A stretch of 64,000 nucleotides of DNA from Marispirochaeta sp. (GCA_963676835.2 CAXXFF010000001.1:544001-608000); one strand, 5' to 3'. Counted from the stretch's first letter, positions 36,543-47,970 are shown. Made by a program: numbers and translations. Notes: a model not told the origin generated them from the sequence alone.

Positions 36543-38485
36543 CAGCGTTTTTTTGTGTAATCTTCCTCCAGCTCTTCGTATTTGGTAACCTTAACCTCGT
36601 TCATTTCAGTTACAAAGGTAACATTCTTGAATTCGTTGCGTATTTTAAGCGATGCATCCTTGATGACAACCTTTACTCCCGGGTAGACCTTGCCCGATGC
36701 CGAGACCTTTCCGTTAACTTTCAGGGAAGCCAGATATTCCTGAATGGTTTTAACCTCTTTCTCCAGACCGCTTCGGTTGCCTTCAACCTCCGCTTTCTGG
36801 GCGGTAAGGGTTTCCAGATACTGAGCCTTGTCTTCAGGAAGCTCTTTTTTAATCTTTTTAAAGTTTTCCAGGGTGTGTATATTCAGCTCTATCTCTTCAA
36901 GCTGGGTGTTGAGACCCTTTATTTCCGCCTCAAGCCCCTGAATTTTGGCAATACTCTTGGGATCATATCCCACTTCAACAGTGGTTTCCGCCCCGGCGAT
37001 GGAACCGATATTCTTTGCATGAATCTCTTCACTTGCCCTGAGCCGTCCTCCGACAATGGTGGCCCGTTTACCCTGAACAATTACCCGTTCATCAGCATTC
37101 ACCGTACTGTTAATAATACCGTCAGAGACAACTACCATTTTTCCGGATTCTACAGTTGAGTTTTCAAGAAACTTTGCCCAGACACTTCTACCGGCCCTGA
37201 TAGTACCGCCGCCGCGTCCGTTCATACCCTGGTGGATAATGATATCACCTTCAGCATCGAGATCACATTTACCGACATTACCCATGACCTCAATATTTCC
37301 GGCGGCCTTAACCTTGAAGCCGTCTTCCACACTGCCCTTTACAAAAACCGTACCGAGGAAGATTACATTACCACCGGTTTTAAGGTTTACATTTCCCGGT
37401 ACAACATAGATGGGCTCAACATTGAGTTTTTCATTGGCAATTACAACCTGCCCGTTTATGGCCGCCTGGGCGGTCATACCGTCATCGGAAAGCTTTACAT
37501 TCTTGCCTATACCCAGGGAAATATCCTTTCCGTTCTTTGCGGGCAGCAGTTTTCCGGTAACGCTGCGTCCGTTTTCACCCTCTTCAGCAGGAATTTTTCT
37601 GGCCAGAGCCTGTCCTTCAACAACATTCTGAACAATATTCTGTTCCTTGAAATCCACCCGGCCGTTCTTTTCTTTCAACTGAACCTTTCCGGTCTCAAGC
37701 TCAAAATTATAAATAACTCTGGCATCCGCACCGTCCTGGGGCTTGGTGCCTTCCGCAACAAGAATGGATTCATTGTAGGCGGGCCGGTCAATAAAATTAT
37801 AGATAACATCTTCTTTAAGACCATGGACGACGCCGTTGTTCTTGAGGATATTCTCTATAATCTCATAGCTGAGATCCGCACCGCCCTGGCCGGGAGGACG
37901 AACCACAACATAGGCCTTCATATCGAAATCAGTAATATCAACAGTAATAATGGGATCGTTGGCCGGATTATAGACAAAATCACCAATGGGGACATATTCA
38001 CTCCCCGCCTGCTTAACCACTGCGGTAACCATGGATTTATCAAAGTTATCCACACCTCTGCGGTCTATGGCATCGATGGCCTGCCTTTCAGTTGCTTTTT
38101 TGCCCTGGCCTTTAGGTAGGGTTACCTTGAGAAGAACACCTTCAGGAGACAGTCTCACAAAAACTTCTCCGTCCCGGTCTTCAGGGATCACTTCTTTAGC
38201 TGCGTCATAGCCGAGATCGAAATCGATATTATGATCTTCTTCCTGGACTTCCTGTCTCTTTTCATAGGCGATAAGCATACAGTCCCTGCGGCCCATACCG
38301 AAGGTCCCCTTGCTGCCGGGATCCAGAACTTCGTATTCAATCTCTTTAAGAGGGACCGCCAGCTCAATGGCAGCCTGAGTAAGAGCATCATCTATAGTAG
38401 GACCGGAAACATTAACAGAACGCCGTTTCTTGTCTTCCTCGGCCTGGACTTTCATGTATTCTCGGAGCCGGGGCAGTTCGATCAT
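36542..38485 (-). CDS. fapA: FapA family (DUF342) protein with Jag N-terminal domain
   Basis: GPTIDDAL...PGSKGTFGMG Jag_N; VDFKE, TGGNVIFLG, VYPGVKV. Confidence 0.85.
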   Translation of the reverse strand: MIELPRLREYMKVQAEEDKKRRSVNVSGPTIDDALTQAAIELAVPLKEIEYEVLDPGSKGTFGMGRRDCMLIAYEKRQEVQEEDHNIDFDLGYDAAKEVIPEDRDGEVFVRLSPEGVLLKVTLPKGQGKKATERQAIDAIDRRGVDNFDKSMVTAVVKQAGSEYVPIGDFVYNPANDPIITVDITDFDMKAYVVVRPPGQGGADLSYEIIENILKNNGVVHGLKEDVIYNFIDRPAYNESILVAEGTKPQDGADARVIYNFELETGKVQLKEKNGRVDFKEQNIVQNVVEGQALARKIPAEEGENGRSVTGKLLPAKNGKDISLGIGKNVKLSDDGMTAQAAINGQVVIANEKLNVEPIYVVPGNVNLKTGGNVIFLGTVFVKGSVEDGFKVKAAGNIEVMGNVGKCDLDAEGDIIIHQGMNGRGGGTIRAGRSVWAKFLENSTVESGKMVVVSDGIINSTVNADERVIVQGKRATIVGGRLRASEEIHAKNIGSIAGAETTVEVGYDPKSIAKIQGLEAEIKGLNTQLEEIELNIHTLENFKKIKKELPEDKAQYLETLTAQKAEVEGNRSGLEKEVKTIQEYLASLKVNGKVSASGKVYPGVKVVIKDASLKIRNEFKNVTFVTEMNEVKVTKYEELEEDYTKKR

Positions 38486-38487
38486 GG

Positions 38488-39276
38488 CTACATAATACCT
38501 TTTTTAATGTTAGTAAGCTTTGCCCTCAGGCGCATAATCGCTTTAGTGTGCAGCTGACTGATTCTCGACTCGGTAACTTCCAGAACTTTGCCGATTTCCT
38601 TGAGAGTAAGGTCTTCGTAATAGTAGAGAACAAGAACCTTTTTCTCTTTTTCAGGCAACTCGTTTATAGCCTCTACAATTACTTTCTTTATTTCATCCTT
38701 TTCAACGATAATATCGGGATTAAGGCTGTGGGGGGATTCAATACTGTCTACAATGGAAACCTTGTCGTTTTCGTCGCCGGTGTACCAGACATCATTAAGG
38801 GACATTATGGAGGTACCGGAAATTTTAACCATGGCTTTATGGTATTCATCGATATTCATACCCATTTCAGCGGCAATTTCCAGATCCGACGCGCTCCGCC
38901 CAAGAGAGGCTTCCAGGGTCTGGACCGTATCTTCGATCTCCCTGGCTTTCTGTCTCACCGAACGGGGAACCCAGTCGATGGAACGGAGCTCATCAAAGAT
39001 TGCACCGCGGATTCTGGTGACGGCATAAGTTTTAAACTTTACATGCTTTTCCGGATCAAACTTTGTAATGGCATCCATAAGGCCGAAAACGCCAAAACCG
39101 ACAAGATCGTCGAATTCAACATTATGAGGCATGCCCATGGCTACCTTCCCGGCGACATACTTCACCAGCGGTGCATATTGACGCACAAAGGCATCGCGTA
39201 TTTTCGGGTCCTGGTTTTTCTTATAGAGGGCCCAGAGTTCCTCTTCTGTTTTGCCTTCCAATACGGTTTCTGCCAT
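38488..39276 (-). CDS. fliA: RNA polymerase sigma28 factor (FliA/WhiG)
   Basis: [40 protein letters not shown]. Confidence 0.96.
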   Translation of the reverse strand: MAETVLEGKTEEELWALYKKNQDPKIRDAFVRQYAPLVKYVAGKVAMGMPHNVEFDDLVGFGVFGLMDAITKFDPEKHVKFKTYAVTRIRGAIFDELRSIDWVPRSVRQKAREIEDTVQTLEASLGRSASDLEIAAEMGMNIDEYHKAMVKISGTSIMSLNDVWYTGDENDKVSIVDSIESPHSLNPDIIVEKDEIKKVIVEAINELPEKEKKVLVLYYYEDLTLKEIGKVLEVTESRISQLHTKAIMRLRAKLTNIKKGIM

Positions 39277-39279
39277 AGG

Positions 39280-39903
39280 TTATCCTTCCTGGTCCCGTTT
39301 CATTATTGTCTGTACCGCCCTGGCAACATCTCCCGGACTCGTCATTTCTCCAAGAACATCTACTTCACTGGTGGACTGTATAGATGATACCTCATCCGAA
39401 CTGTTATCGTCGTCACCATAGGAAGCTTCAAAAGAATCACTTAATCCTTCCATACTGGGAAGCTCCTCCATGGAATCTACACTGTCATCTCCTGCCGGTA
39501 CCGCAGCAGCGGATGACATATCGGGCTGACTCTGCCCGTGAGCGTCGCTGCTGCCGATCTCTTCAACGAAACCGGCGGATTCACCAGACTCAGATTCCGA
39601 CCGGGGACTCTCTTCCCCGTCTTCCAGGGTTATATCAACCCGGGAACCTGTATCATTGGTTTCTGCCACTGCAACAGGTTCTGCCTCGGAAGGAGAATCC
39701 TCGCTGCCCGCAGCGGTAAACAAATCAGGGAAAATCATTCGGCTGAGTAATTCCAGCGCCGCAGTAAGAAGTGCGAATGCCAGTCCTGCGATAAAAGCCC
39801 GCATCAGGATACTGAAAAAACCGACCCCGCTGACAATCCCTGTAATCAGGGATACGACAAAAGCGAAACCAGCTGCTGCTGCGACTATACCGTAGGAAAC
39901 CAC
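39280..39903 (-). CDS. hypothetical 2-TM protein with acidic tail
   Basis: Two N-terminal TMs, acidic low-complexity region, ARAVQTIM end; sits between flhG and fliA. Confidence 0.7.
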   Translation of the reverse strand: MVSYGIVAAAAGFAFVVSLITGIVSGVGFFSILMRAFIAGLAFALLTAALELLSRMIFPDLFTAAGSEDSPSEAEPVAVAETNDTGSRVDITLEDGEESPRSESESGESAGFVEEIGSSDAHGQSQPDMSSAAAVPAGDDSVDSMEELPSMEGLSDSFEASYGDDDNSSDEVSSIQSTSEVDVLGEMTSPGDVARAVQTIMKRDQEG

Positions 39904-39951
39904 TTTATACAGACCCTCCCATGTACAGATTATGAGAAATCCATGAAGCCG

Positions 39952-40824
39952 TCAAGCTTCGATATTTTTTCCCAGAAGCTTGCGGATAAAATTACCAAAC
40001 CCGCTGCCTTCCCGGTATTCCACCTTCTCCAGCCGGCCGACCAGATGTTTAACACATATAGCCGCCTTACTGTTCGGATCAACAACCATAAAAGGCTTCT
40101 GCTTCAACACCGATGACCCAACAATGGGGTCATCATAAACATAGCCCAGGTAGTCAACCTTAAGATTGAGAAACTGCCCGGCAATACTGATAACACGTTC
40201 TGAAACCTTTTTCCCTTCGGTTACCGATTTTACCCGGTTAACAATAAGTTTCAGGCCGAGGTTCATATTATCAATTTCGGTGGCAATAATCTTTATTATT
40301 CCATAGGCATCGGTAATGGCTGTCGGCTCAGGCGTGGTGACAATAAGTGCTTCGTCAGCGGCGGCGACAAAGTCCAGAACGTTATGAGAGACACCGGCAC
40401 TGGTATCTATAATGATTACATCCGCATCGGAAAGACCGCCAAGCTCTTCGATGAAATGCTCCCGTTCATCATCCGACAGATTGGCGATCTTCGAAAAGCC
40501 GGAAGCCCCGGCAATGATCTGTATGCCGTAGTTGGTGTCCAGCAGTATATCCTGCAGATTCTTCTGCTTCCGGATAAGATGGTACAGGTTGTATTTGGGA
40601 ATAATACCCAGCACCACATTTACATTGGCCAATCCGAGATCTGCATCCATTACAATTACTTTTTTCCCCAGCCGGGCATACGCAAGAGCAAGATTTATGG
40701 AGAGATTTGTTTTACCTACCCCGCCTTTTCCGCTGGTGACAGCAATAATCCGGGTTTTACTTCCCCCGCTTCCGTTATTACGGGACCGCATTAACTCCCG
40801 CAGCTGTTCGGCTTGATCCGTCAT
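39952..40824 (-). CDS. flhG: flagellar number regulator FlhG (MinD-like ATPase)
   Basis: DQAEQLR, SGKGGVGKT, DADLGLAN, TPEPTAITDAY. Confidence 0.95.
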   Translation of the reverse strand: MTDQAEQLRELMRSRNNGSGGSKTRIIAVTSGKGGVGKTNLSINLALAYARLGKKVIVMDADLGLANVNVVLGIIPKYNLYHLIRKQKNLQDILLDTNYGIQIIAGASGFSKIANLSDDEREHFIEELGGLSDADVIIIDTSAGVSHNVLDFVAAADEALIVTTPEPTAITDAYGIIKIIATEIDNMNLGLKLIVNRVKSVTEGKKVSERVISIAGQFLNLKVDYLGYVYDDPIVGSSVLKQKPFMVVDPNSKAAICVKHLVGRLEKVEYREGSGFGNFIRKLLGKNIEA

Positions 40825-42047
40825 TCCCATACTCCGTTCTTGACATATTCAGTGCTTTTGCCGGCACCGCCCGCCCGCGCCTCCATGGGACGCAGATTAT
40901 TTTTAGCGGATTTAAATCCGTTCAGATTCATCATCAATCGCGCGACTGTAGCTTCATGGATATCCTGGGGAACCGTCTGCCCGTCGGTAAGAAATGCAAC
41001 AGGTTTATCATGCTCCGCCAGAACGCTCAAAACATTTCCAATCCTCAGGGTCTCATCCAGTTTGGTGAGAATAAGCGCCTCGTATCCGAAGGGGCCGAAT
41101 GTTTTAAACAGTTCACGAATATCAGAAATCTTCGTGGTTGAACTCAGGGTAAGAAATACTTCTGTATCCTCCCCGCAGGCATCAAGAAGCTTGCGCATTT
41201 CCGCCAGTTTCATGTAATCCCTGGGGCTTTTTCCGATGGTATCCACCAGAATAAGATCGGTACCCTGATAAAGGGCAAGCTGCTTTTTGAAATCATCATA
41301 GGACTCTACACTGGAAACAGGAATATTCATAATGCTTCCATAGGTATCAATCTGCTGTTTTGCCCCGATACGGTAATTATCTATGGTTATCATGCGAACA
41401 TCAACCGGAGGGCCGCCTTTATGACCCAGGCCGTAAATAGCTGCCAGCTTTGCGATTGTAGTTGTTTTCCCTACACCGGTGGGCCCGATAAGAATCATGA
41501 TCTTGGGCGTTTTCCGTGCCTCATAGACACGTATCTTTTCTCCGATCCACTGAAAAACCCTGGTTTCCACCAGTTCAGAGTGTTCCAGTTCTTCCAGGGA
41601 AAGTTCACGGCGCAGCCGGTCGGAAATACCCCGGATATAGGATGCACTGAATTCGTTATCCTCCAGGAGCTGCTCCATCTGGCGGATAGCCTGATTGGTA
41701 TCGTCATGAGCTTCCATGGCAGAACCATCAAGCCTCCCCTGAATGTCAGTAAGACGTTCCAGGACCTCTTTAAGAGTCTGGTCGTTCTCTGCCTTGTCTT
41801 TGGAGGAGTCTTTTATGGTATCAAGAATTTTACGCTTCTCTTCCTCATCATCCAGAATCTTCCTGGCTTTGGGTGCCTCTTTGGCAATATAGCCTGAGAC
41901 CTCTATTCCCTCCCGGGAAAACATGCCCATAAAGCCTCCCATACGAACATTCCGCTGGGTGAGAATCCTGGCGCGTTCACCATATTTTTCTCGTATTTTC
42001 TGTAGTACTTCCCTGTGGGATACTGCGCACTCAGTAAAATACTCCAT
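40821..42047 (-). CDS. flhF: flagellar SRP-type GTPase FlhF
   Basis: GPTGVGKTTTIAKLAA, DNYRIGA, DTIG, TKLDE, GQTVPQD. Confidence 0.95.
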   Translation of the reverse strand: MEYFTECAVSHREVLQKIREKYGERARILTQRNVRMGGFMGMFSREGIEVSGYIAKEAPKARKILDDEEEKRKILDTIKDSSKDKAENDQTLKEVLERLTDIQGRLDGSAMEAHDDTNQAIRQMEQLLEDNEFSASYIRGISDRLRRELSLEELEHSELVETRVFQWIGEKIRVYEARKTPKIMILIGPTGVGKTTTIAKLAAIYGLGHKGGPPVDVRMITIDNYRIGAKQQIDTYGSIMNIPVSSVESYDDFKKQLALYQGTDLILVDTIGKSPRDYMKLAEMRKLLDACGEDTEVFLTLSSTTKISDIRELFKTFGPFGYEALILTKLDETLRIGNVLSVLAEHDKPVAFLTDGQTVPQDIHEATVARLMMNLNGFKSAKNNLRPMEARAGGAGKSTEYVKNGVWE

Positions 42048-42080
42048 ATCCACTCCTCTTCTGTTTGCTGTTTAAAAACT

Positions 42081-44180
42081 TCATGCACTTTCCCGTTCTT
42101 CAAGGCTTATCTCGCCAAGAGGTTCTATTCCAATATCCGCAGGAACTTCCGGTACGGAGATAACTGAAACCTCAGGCATCTCCCGCAAAAGGCTCGCCCT
42201 AACCAGTGCCCGGGCTGCCTCAGAGCAGAGGATCAGCGGAAGATATCCCTGACTCTGTACCGCATGTACCGCATTGGCGACAGAATTGACCCAGCGGCGG
42301 TACAGACCCGGTTCGAGGGCTGCGGTAACGCCGGAAGCAGTCTCTGTACGACTGTCGATAATCTCACTCTCAATTACAGGGTTAATGGTGAGCACAAACA
42401 TCCTCCGCTCATCATTAACAAACTGCAGGCAGATCTGCCGGCCAAGAATCTGACGGGCCTTTTCCGTAAGAAAAGTGCTCTCTTTTGATATGGGAGCATA
42501 GTCCGCCAGGGTTTCCAGTATTGGTACCATATTCCGTATACTTACATTTTCTGCCAACAGAGACTGAAGAACCTTCTGGATCTCGCCCAGAGAGAGCAGC
42601 TTGGTAACCTCTTCCACAACGGCGGAGTAGTCCCGCTTGAGCTCGTCCAGTATCTTGCGCATCTCCTGCCGCCCGAGCATTTCCCAGGCATGTGACTTGA
42701 TAATCTCAGTCAGGTGGGTGGCTATAATACTTGGGCTGTCAACCACGGTATACCCGGCACGCTCGGCCTTGTCCCGCTGATCTTCGGATATCCAGAGTGC
42801 CGGCAGACCGAAAGCCGGATCCCGGGCTGCCTCCCCCTGAAGCTCAACCTCAACACCGCCGGGGTTGATTGCCAGGAACTGACCGGTTCTAATGTTAGCC
42901 CGGCCCACTTCTACGCCTTTTATCTTTATGCAGTACTCAGAAGGCTCCAGGCGCATATTGTCGATAATACGTATCCGGGGTACCGAAAGCCCAAGCTCAA
43001 GAGCAGTTTCCCGCCGTATTCTGGTTATTCTGTCCAGAAGCTCCGCACCCTGATCGCGGTCAACCAGCGGGATCAGGCCGTAGCCGAGCTCCAGGGAGAG
43101 GGGATCCACCGGCACAATGGGAGCAAACTCGGTGGGAGTTTCCGGGGCCTGTGCCTTTTCTGCTTCTTCCTCGGCCTTTTCCCGGAACTGCACCTCTTTA
43201 CGGGTAAGCCGGAAAGCAACAAATCCTGTAAGAAAACCCAGAGGCAGCATGATGTACCAGGGAAAGCCGGGAAGCAGCCCGAGAATAATAAGCGCAATAG
43301 CCGCAATCCAGTAGACCCTGGACTGCTGCGAAAACTGCCGGGAGATATCGGAGCCGAAGGTACCGTCGGAAATTGCCCGGGTAACAATCAGACCGGTGGC
43401 GGTTGATACCAGCAGTGCCGGAAACTGGCTCACCAGTCCGTCACCGATGGTGAGACTGACATAATTGCTCAGTGCGGCTCCGACGGGCTCACCGTGTATG
43501 GTCATTCCGACGATAAAACCGCCGATCATGTTTATCAGGGTAATGAGAATTCCAACCTTAACGTTTCCCGATACAAATTTGGTTGATCCATCCATGGCCC
43601 CGTAGAAATCTACCTCTTTCTGCAGATCATTCTTCTTTCTCTGGGCCTCTTCTTCCGTCAGGGAGCCTGAGTTGTACTCCGCTTCAATGGCCATCTGCTT
43701 ACCGGGGAGAGAGTCCAGGGTAAAGCGGGCGGCAACCTCGGCAACTCTGGTAGCACCTTTGGTTATAACAATGAACTGTACTGCAATTATAATTATGAAG
43801 ATAATCAGGCCGATAACCAGACCTTCACTTCCTTCCGAACCGACAACAAAGGTGGCAAATGCACGGACAATACGTCCGTCAAAGTTGATTCCCTGAGAAA
43901 GAATGAGCCTGGTGGAGGAAATATTCAGCCCCAACCCGAAAACCGTGGTTATCAGAAGCAGGGTTGGAAAAACTGAAAAATCCAGAGCCCTGTGGGTGTA
44001 GAGAACAATAAGAATAACCACCAGACTGAGCATTAAGTTCAGCGCCATCAACAGATCAAGAATTACCGTGGGCAGGGGGATGATAAGCATCATTACAAAA
44101 AAGAGAACGCCTACGGCAACAATAACATCACTACGGTTATGCAGAAAGGATGTGGAAAGTATCTTCTGTACATCCGACAT
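42081..44180 (-). CDS. flhA: flagellar export gate FlhA
   Basis: RVAEVAARFTLDSLPGKQMAI, FYGAMDG, IGDGLVSQ. Confidence 0.98.
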   Translation of the reverse strand: MSDVQKILSTSFLHNRSDVIVAVGVLFFVMMLIIPLPTVILDLLMALNLMLSLVVILIVLYTHRALDFSVFPTLLLITTVFGLGLNISSTRLILSQGINFDGRIVRAFATFVVGSEGSEGLVIGLIIFIIIIAVQFIVITKGATRVAEVAARFTLDSLPGKQMAIEAEYNSGSLTEEEAQRKKNDLQKEVDFYGAMDGSTKFVSGNVKVGILITLINMIGGFIVGMTIHGEPVGAALSNYVSLTIGDGLVSQFPALLVSTATGLIVTRAISDGTFGSDISRQFSQQSRVYWIAAIALIILGLLPGFPWYIMLPLGFLTGFVAFRLTRKEVQFREKAEEEAEKAQAPETPTEFAPIVPVDPLSLELGYGLIPLVDRDQGAELLDRITRIRRETALELGLSVPRIRIIDNMRLEPSEYCIKIKGVEVGRANIRTGQFLAINPGGVEVELQGEAARDPAFGLPALWISEDQRDKAERAGYTVVDSPSIIATHLTEIIKSHAWEMLGRQEMRKILDELKRDYSAVVEEVTKLLSLGEIQKVLQSLLAENVSIRNMVPILETLADYAPISKESTFLTEKARQILGRQICLQFVNDERRMFVLTINPVIESEIIDSRTETASGVTAALEPGLYRRWVNSVANAVHAVQSQGYLPLILCSEAARALVRASLLREMPEVSVISVPEVPADIGIEPLGEISLEERESA

Positions 44181-45412
44181 CAGCCTACCTCCCTTTCTTT
44201 ACCGCCCATGTTATAGACCTGGGCGAGAATAATAGCGGTAACTTCATAATAATTTTCCGGTATTTCATCGCCCACTTCGACCTCAGCATAAAGTGCCCGG
44301 GCAAGAGGGCGGTTTTCCACCACGGGAACATCATTGTCAGCGGCGATTTCCCGGATACGCAGGGCAATATTATCCTGCCCCTTGGCGCTGACCGAAGGAG
44401 CATTCATGGTATCCCGCTTCCACTGCAGGGCCACCGCAAAGTGAGTCGGGTTGGTAATAACCACGTCTGCCTCAGGAACAGCCCTCATCATGTTCTGGGA
44501 AAGAATCTGATGCATCCGTTCTCGTAGTCGGCTTTTTACCAGCGGGTCTCCCTCGGTCATTTTTCTCTCTTCCTTGATTTCCTGCTTGGTCATCTTCAAT
44601 GATTCCATGTGCTGATGTCGCTGAAAAAGATAATCCGGAAAGGAGAGAACCAGCATAAACAGGGCCGCCTCAACCAGAATACGAAAAGCAACCAGGCTGA
44701 TAGTTCGAAGAGAAAGATAAAAAGGAACTTCGATAAACCTGAGAATAGAGTCCATTTCGCTGCGGATATTGATATAGGCTACGGTTCCTATAACCGCAAC
44801 CTTGAAGAGAGTCTTACCAAGATTGAAAAGAGCTTCAGTTGAAAAAATGGTGCGCTGCAGAAACTTCGGCAGATTAGGAACAATCTTGTTCAGGTCCGGA
44901 GTAATCGGTTTTGTAGAAAAAAGAAACCCTACCTGAAGCAGGTTTGCCATCAATGCAGAGACAAAGGCGATTCCCATAATGGGCAGGGTCATGCGCACCA
45001 TGTACTGAATAAATATCGGAAAAAGCCCGCCGTCGCCGGTTATTTCCCGCTCAATGGATATGGTGAAGAAAAAGCGTACCATCTCCACCATGGTTGAGAA
45101 GATATACCCTCCGAGACCGGCAAGAGCCAGAATCGGCAGAAGCAGAACGATGGCAGCGGAAAATTCGGCTGATTTTGCAACCTTGCCGTCTTCCCGTGCC
45201 TTACGGATTTTATGCTCCGTGGCATCTTCAGTACGGCCTTCGTCTTCGGCGGCAAACCAGTTGAGAGGAATGTTCCAGGGCTCGTAGGCCGGGAACTTTT
45301 CAGGGATAAAAGCCGCTGTACTGAAACGGATAGCAAGGCTTGCATATGCCCGCCTCAGAGGTACAGCAAAGTAAAATATAAGAGTCAGGGTTGTTACGAG
45401 GAGGATACTCAT
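44180..45412 (-). CDS. flhB: flagellar export switch FlhB (start uncertain)
   Basis: RTEDAT, EGDPLVK, TNPTH autocleavage motif. Confidence 0.96.
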   Translation of the reverse strand: MSILLVTTLTLIFYFAVPLRRAYASLAIRFSTAAFIPEKFPAYEPWNIPLNWFAAEDEGRTEDATEHKIRKAREDGKVAKSAEFSAAIVLLLPILALAGLGGYIFSTMVEMVRFFFTISIEREITGDGGLFPIFIQYMVRMTLPIMGIAFVSALMANLLQVGFLFSTKPITPDLNKIVPNLPKFLQRTIFSTEALFNLGKTLFKVAVIGTVAYINIRSEMDSILRFIEVPFYLSLRTISLVAFRILVEAALFMLVLSFPDYLFQRHQHMESLKMTKQEIKEERKMTEGDPLVKSRLRERMHQILSQNMMRAVPEADVVITNPTHFAVALQWKRDTMNAPSVSAKGQDNIALRIREIAADNDVPVVENRPLARALYAEVEVGDEIPENYYEVTAIILAQVYNMGGKEREVG

Positions 45413-46203
45413 ACTGCAGCCCCCGAACCGTTACGCATAAGTTCAAGAATTTCCATGTAGCCTGCGTCAAGGATACGGACAAACGCCATGGTTATTACCG
45501 GAAGGGTTATAAGGATGAGAATAAAAGCAACACCGATCCGGATGGGAAATCCCAGCATCAGCAGGTTCATCTGGGGAGCCGCCTTGGCAAGGAGTCCCAT
45601 GGAAACAGAAATAAGCAGCAGAGTCCCCATTACAGGAAAAGCCATAATCAGGGATTGGCCGAAGAGCTTCGCCATGCCCCGGATAAGCATGGACATGATG
45701 TACTCCTGCTGTAGAACTACATCAATAGCCCGAAATGCCTGAAATGATCTGTAAACACCTTTGAGAAAAAGATCCATAAACCCGCCGGAATTCAGGAAAG
45801 CAAACATTGCCAGGAGGTTTAAAAACTGTCCCATAAGAGGCAGCTCAATCTGAGCCAGGGGATCATATACAACCGAGGCGCCGAAGCCCATTTGAAAGGC
45901 ATAAAACTGACCGGAAACCAGCAGGGCTGAATATACCATGGTCATAAAAAACCCGATTAAAAGCCCGATAAACACCTCCCCGAGCATCAGCAGCAGATAC
46001 TGCAGGGCGTCTTCCGGAATGGGATACCCCCCTGAAAACACCATGGGGAAAACTGCCACTGCCGTGAACAACGCCAGCGCGGTTCGGGCAACCCGGGGAA
46101 TGGCAGAACTGGACAGCAGGGGCGCAATCTGAAAAACAGCAAAAATCCGTGCAAAAATGAGGAGAAATAGTTGTGTGTTTTCCAGAAATACGCCGAATTC
46201 CAT
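45409..46203 (-). CDS. fliR: flagellar export protein FliR
   Basis: FQMGFG, KAAPQMNLLMLGFP. Confidence 0.95.
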   Translation of the reverse strand: MEFGVFLENTQLFLLIFARIFAVFQIAPLLSSSAIPRVARTALALFTAVAVFPMVFSGGYPIPEDALQYLLLMLGEVFIGLLIGFFMTMVYSALLVSGQFYAFQMGFGASVVYDPLAQIELPLMGQFLNLLAMFAFLNSGGFMDLFLKGVYRSFQAFRAIDVVLQQEYIMSMLIRGMAKLFGQSLIMAFPVMGTLLLISVSMGLLAKAAPQMNLLMLGFPIRIGVAFILILITLPVITMAFVRILDAGYMEILELMRNGSGAAV

Positions 46204-46209
46204 CTATGC

Positions 46210-46479
46210 CTACAAAACCATCTCCGGTATCCGCCGGATAATATCGATGGTGTATTCCCGCATATACCCGAAAAGAAGAGGACCGAAGAAAACAAGAGTA
46301 AGGAAGATAGCTACAATCTTGGGAACAAAGGTGAGAGTCTGTTCCTGAATAGAGGTAGTTGCCTGAAAGATAGATATAATGAGTCCAACCCCCATACCGA
46401 TAAGCAGCATAGGTGCGGATACAATGAGTACCTGAAAAACCGCGCTGCGCAGCAGTGCAATTGCGTATCCTATTGTCAT
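46210..46479 (-). CDS. fliQ: flagellar export protein FliQ
   Basis: FQATTSIQEQTLTFVPK. Confidence 0.97.
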   Translation of the reverse strand: MTIGYAIALLRSAVFQVLIVSAPMLLIGMGVGLIISIFQATTSIQEQTLTFVPKIVAIFLTLVFFGPLLFGYMREYTIDIIRRIPEMVL

Positions 46480-46549
46480 GTTCCCCTCCCCAAGAGAACG
46501 GCACTGTCAACACAGTACCTCATAAATATTACCAACCTGAAACTATATA

Positions 46550-47332
46550 TCAGGCAAAACTTGCCACTACCTGCTCCGTAATCAGCCCCCAGCCATCCAC
46601 AAGAACAAAGAGAATAAGCTTGAAGGGCATGGATATCATTACCGGTGGAAGCATAATCATTCCCATGGACATCAGGGTTGAAGCCACCACCATATCGATT
46701 ATTATAAAGGGTATAAAAAGCAGAATACCTATTTTAAAAGCCACAGTCAGTTCATGGAGTACAAAGGCCGGAACCAGCACATGGGTCGGCACTTCCGAGG
46801 CATTGGCCGGACGCGGCAGATCGGTCATGCTCATAAAAAGTTCGATGTTTTCATAATTGCCCTGCATCTGCCTGAACATGAACAGCCTCAAAGGGCTTTC
46901 CGCATTCTGATACATTTCCTGAAATCCGATAGTTCCTTCGGCAAAGGGGACAAAGCTCTCTTCGTATATATTTTCCAGGGTAGGCCACATTATAAATACC
47001 GTTAAAAACAGGGCTATTCCCATAAGTACCTGGTTCGGCGGCACCTGCTGAAGAGACAGACTCCTTTTTATAAAATCGAATACAATTGCAATTCTCAAGA
47101 ATGCGGTTGTTAAAATGATAATTGAAGGTGAAAGGGTAAGTACCGCAAGCAACAGCAGCAGCTGCAGGGAGAGGGCCACTTCCTGATTATCCACAGGATT
47201 CCGTATGGTGAGATCTACAAACGGAATATTAAGCCCGTCTGCGGGCACATTAACCTCTCCGGCGTCCTGTGCAAACAGACCTGCGCTACACGTCATTACA
47301 ATCAACAAAATGACGAGTACTTTTTTATTCAT
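46550..47332 (-). CDS. fliP: flagellar export protein FliP
   Basis: QQVPPNQVL, MSMGMIMLPP, PFKLILFVLVDGW. Confidence 0.97.
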   Translation of the reverse strand: MNKKVLVILLIVMTCSAGLFAQDAGEVNVPADGLNIPFVDLTIRNPVDNQEVALSLQLLLLLAVLTLSPSIIILTTAFLRIAIVFDFIKRSLSLQQVPPNQVLMGIALFLTVFIMWPTLENIYEESFVPFAEGTIGFQEMYQNAESPLRLFMFRQMQGNYENIELFMSMTDLPRPANASEVPTHVLVPAFVLHELTVAFKIGILLFIPFIIIDMVVASTLMSMGMIMLPPVMISMPFKLILFVLVDGWGLITEQVVASFA

Positions 47333-47385
47333 CCCCCCCCCCCAAAAAAAGACTTGCCTAGAATATCACAGTCAGCAAATTCAGT

Positions 47386-47970
47386 CTAGAGATCTTTGAT
47401 CCTTGAGCCCTGGTTTTTCAGAAAGGCAGCACTGCTGGACACAGAGCTGTTATCTCCTTCCTTTCCACCGCTCAATAGCCCTCCAAGAAGAGTCCTGAAA
47501 TTCCGCCGCTGTGACGGCTCTTCCCGGGCAAGAAAAAGATCAATTTCATCGCGGCTTTCCTTGTCATCAATTTCGGCAATCAGATTAACACTGTTTTCTG
47601 CCGAACCGACGAGAATATACCGCTTCCCCAGGGACAACAGATGTACACCCCTGGTACTGGAGAGGGATTTTGTTGAGACAATTCGGATGAGATCGTTATC
47701 AGGCAGATTCCGGCCGGACATTCTCTTTAACAGATAAAAGAGTCCATAAATGGCCGCCACTACACCGCCTAAAACCAGAACCATGGAGACGAAACTCCAT
47801 ACAGACAGGCCTGAAACAGGTTCAGGTCCGGTCTGCCCGGCTTCAGCCTGAGGTGCATCAAAAATAATGTCTGCCTCAGTCTGCGGTGTAACGGTTTCTT
47901 CTGTTTCCTGTGCTGCAAGACTACCTACCAAAGCCGTCAGCAGCATTAGTACAAGAACCGTTTTTTTCAA
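47386..47970 (-). CDS. fliO: flagellar protein FliO (FliZ)
   Basis: Signal peptide and TM, then YILVGSAENSVNLIAEI; located between fliY and fliP. Confidence 0.85.
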   Translation of the reverse strand: MKKTVLVLMLLTALVGSLAAQETEETVTPQTEADIIFDAPQAEAGQTGPEPVSGLSVWSFVSMVLVLGGVVAAIYGLFYLLKRMSGRNLPDNDLIRIVSTKSLSSTRGVHLLSLGKRYILVGSAENSVNLIAEIDDKESRDEIDLFLAREEPSQRRNFRTLLGGLLSGGKEGDNSSVSSSAAFLKNQGSRIKDL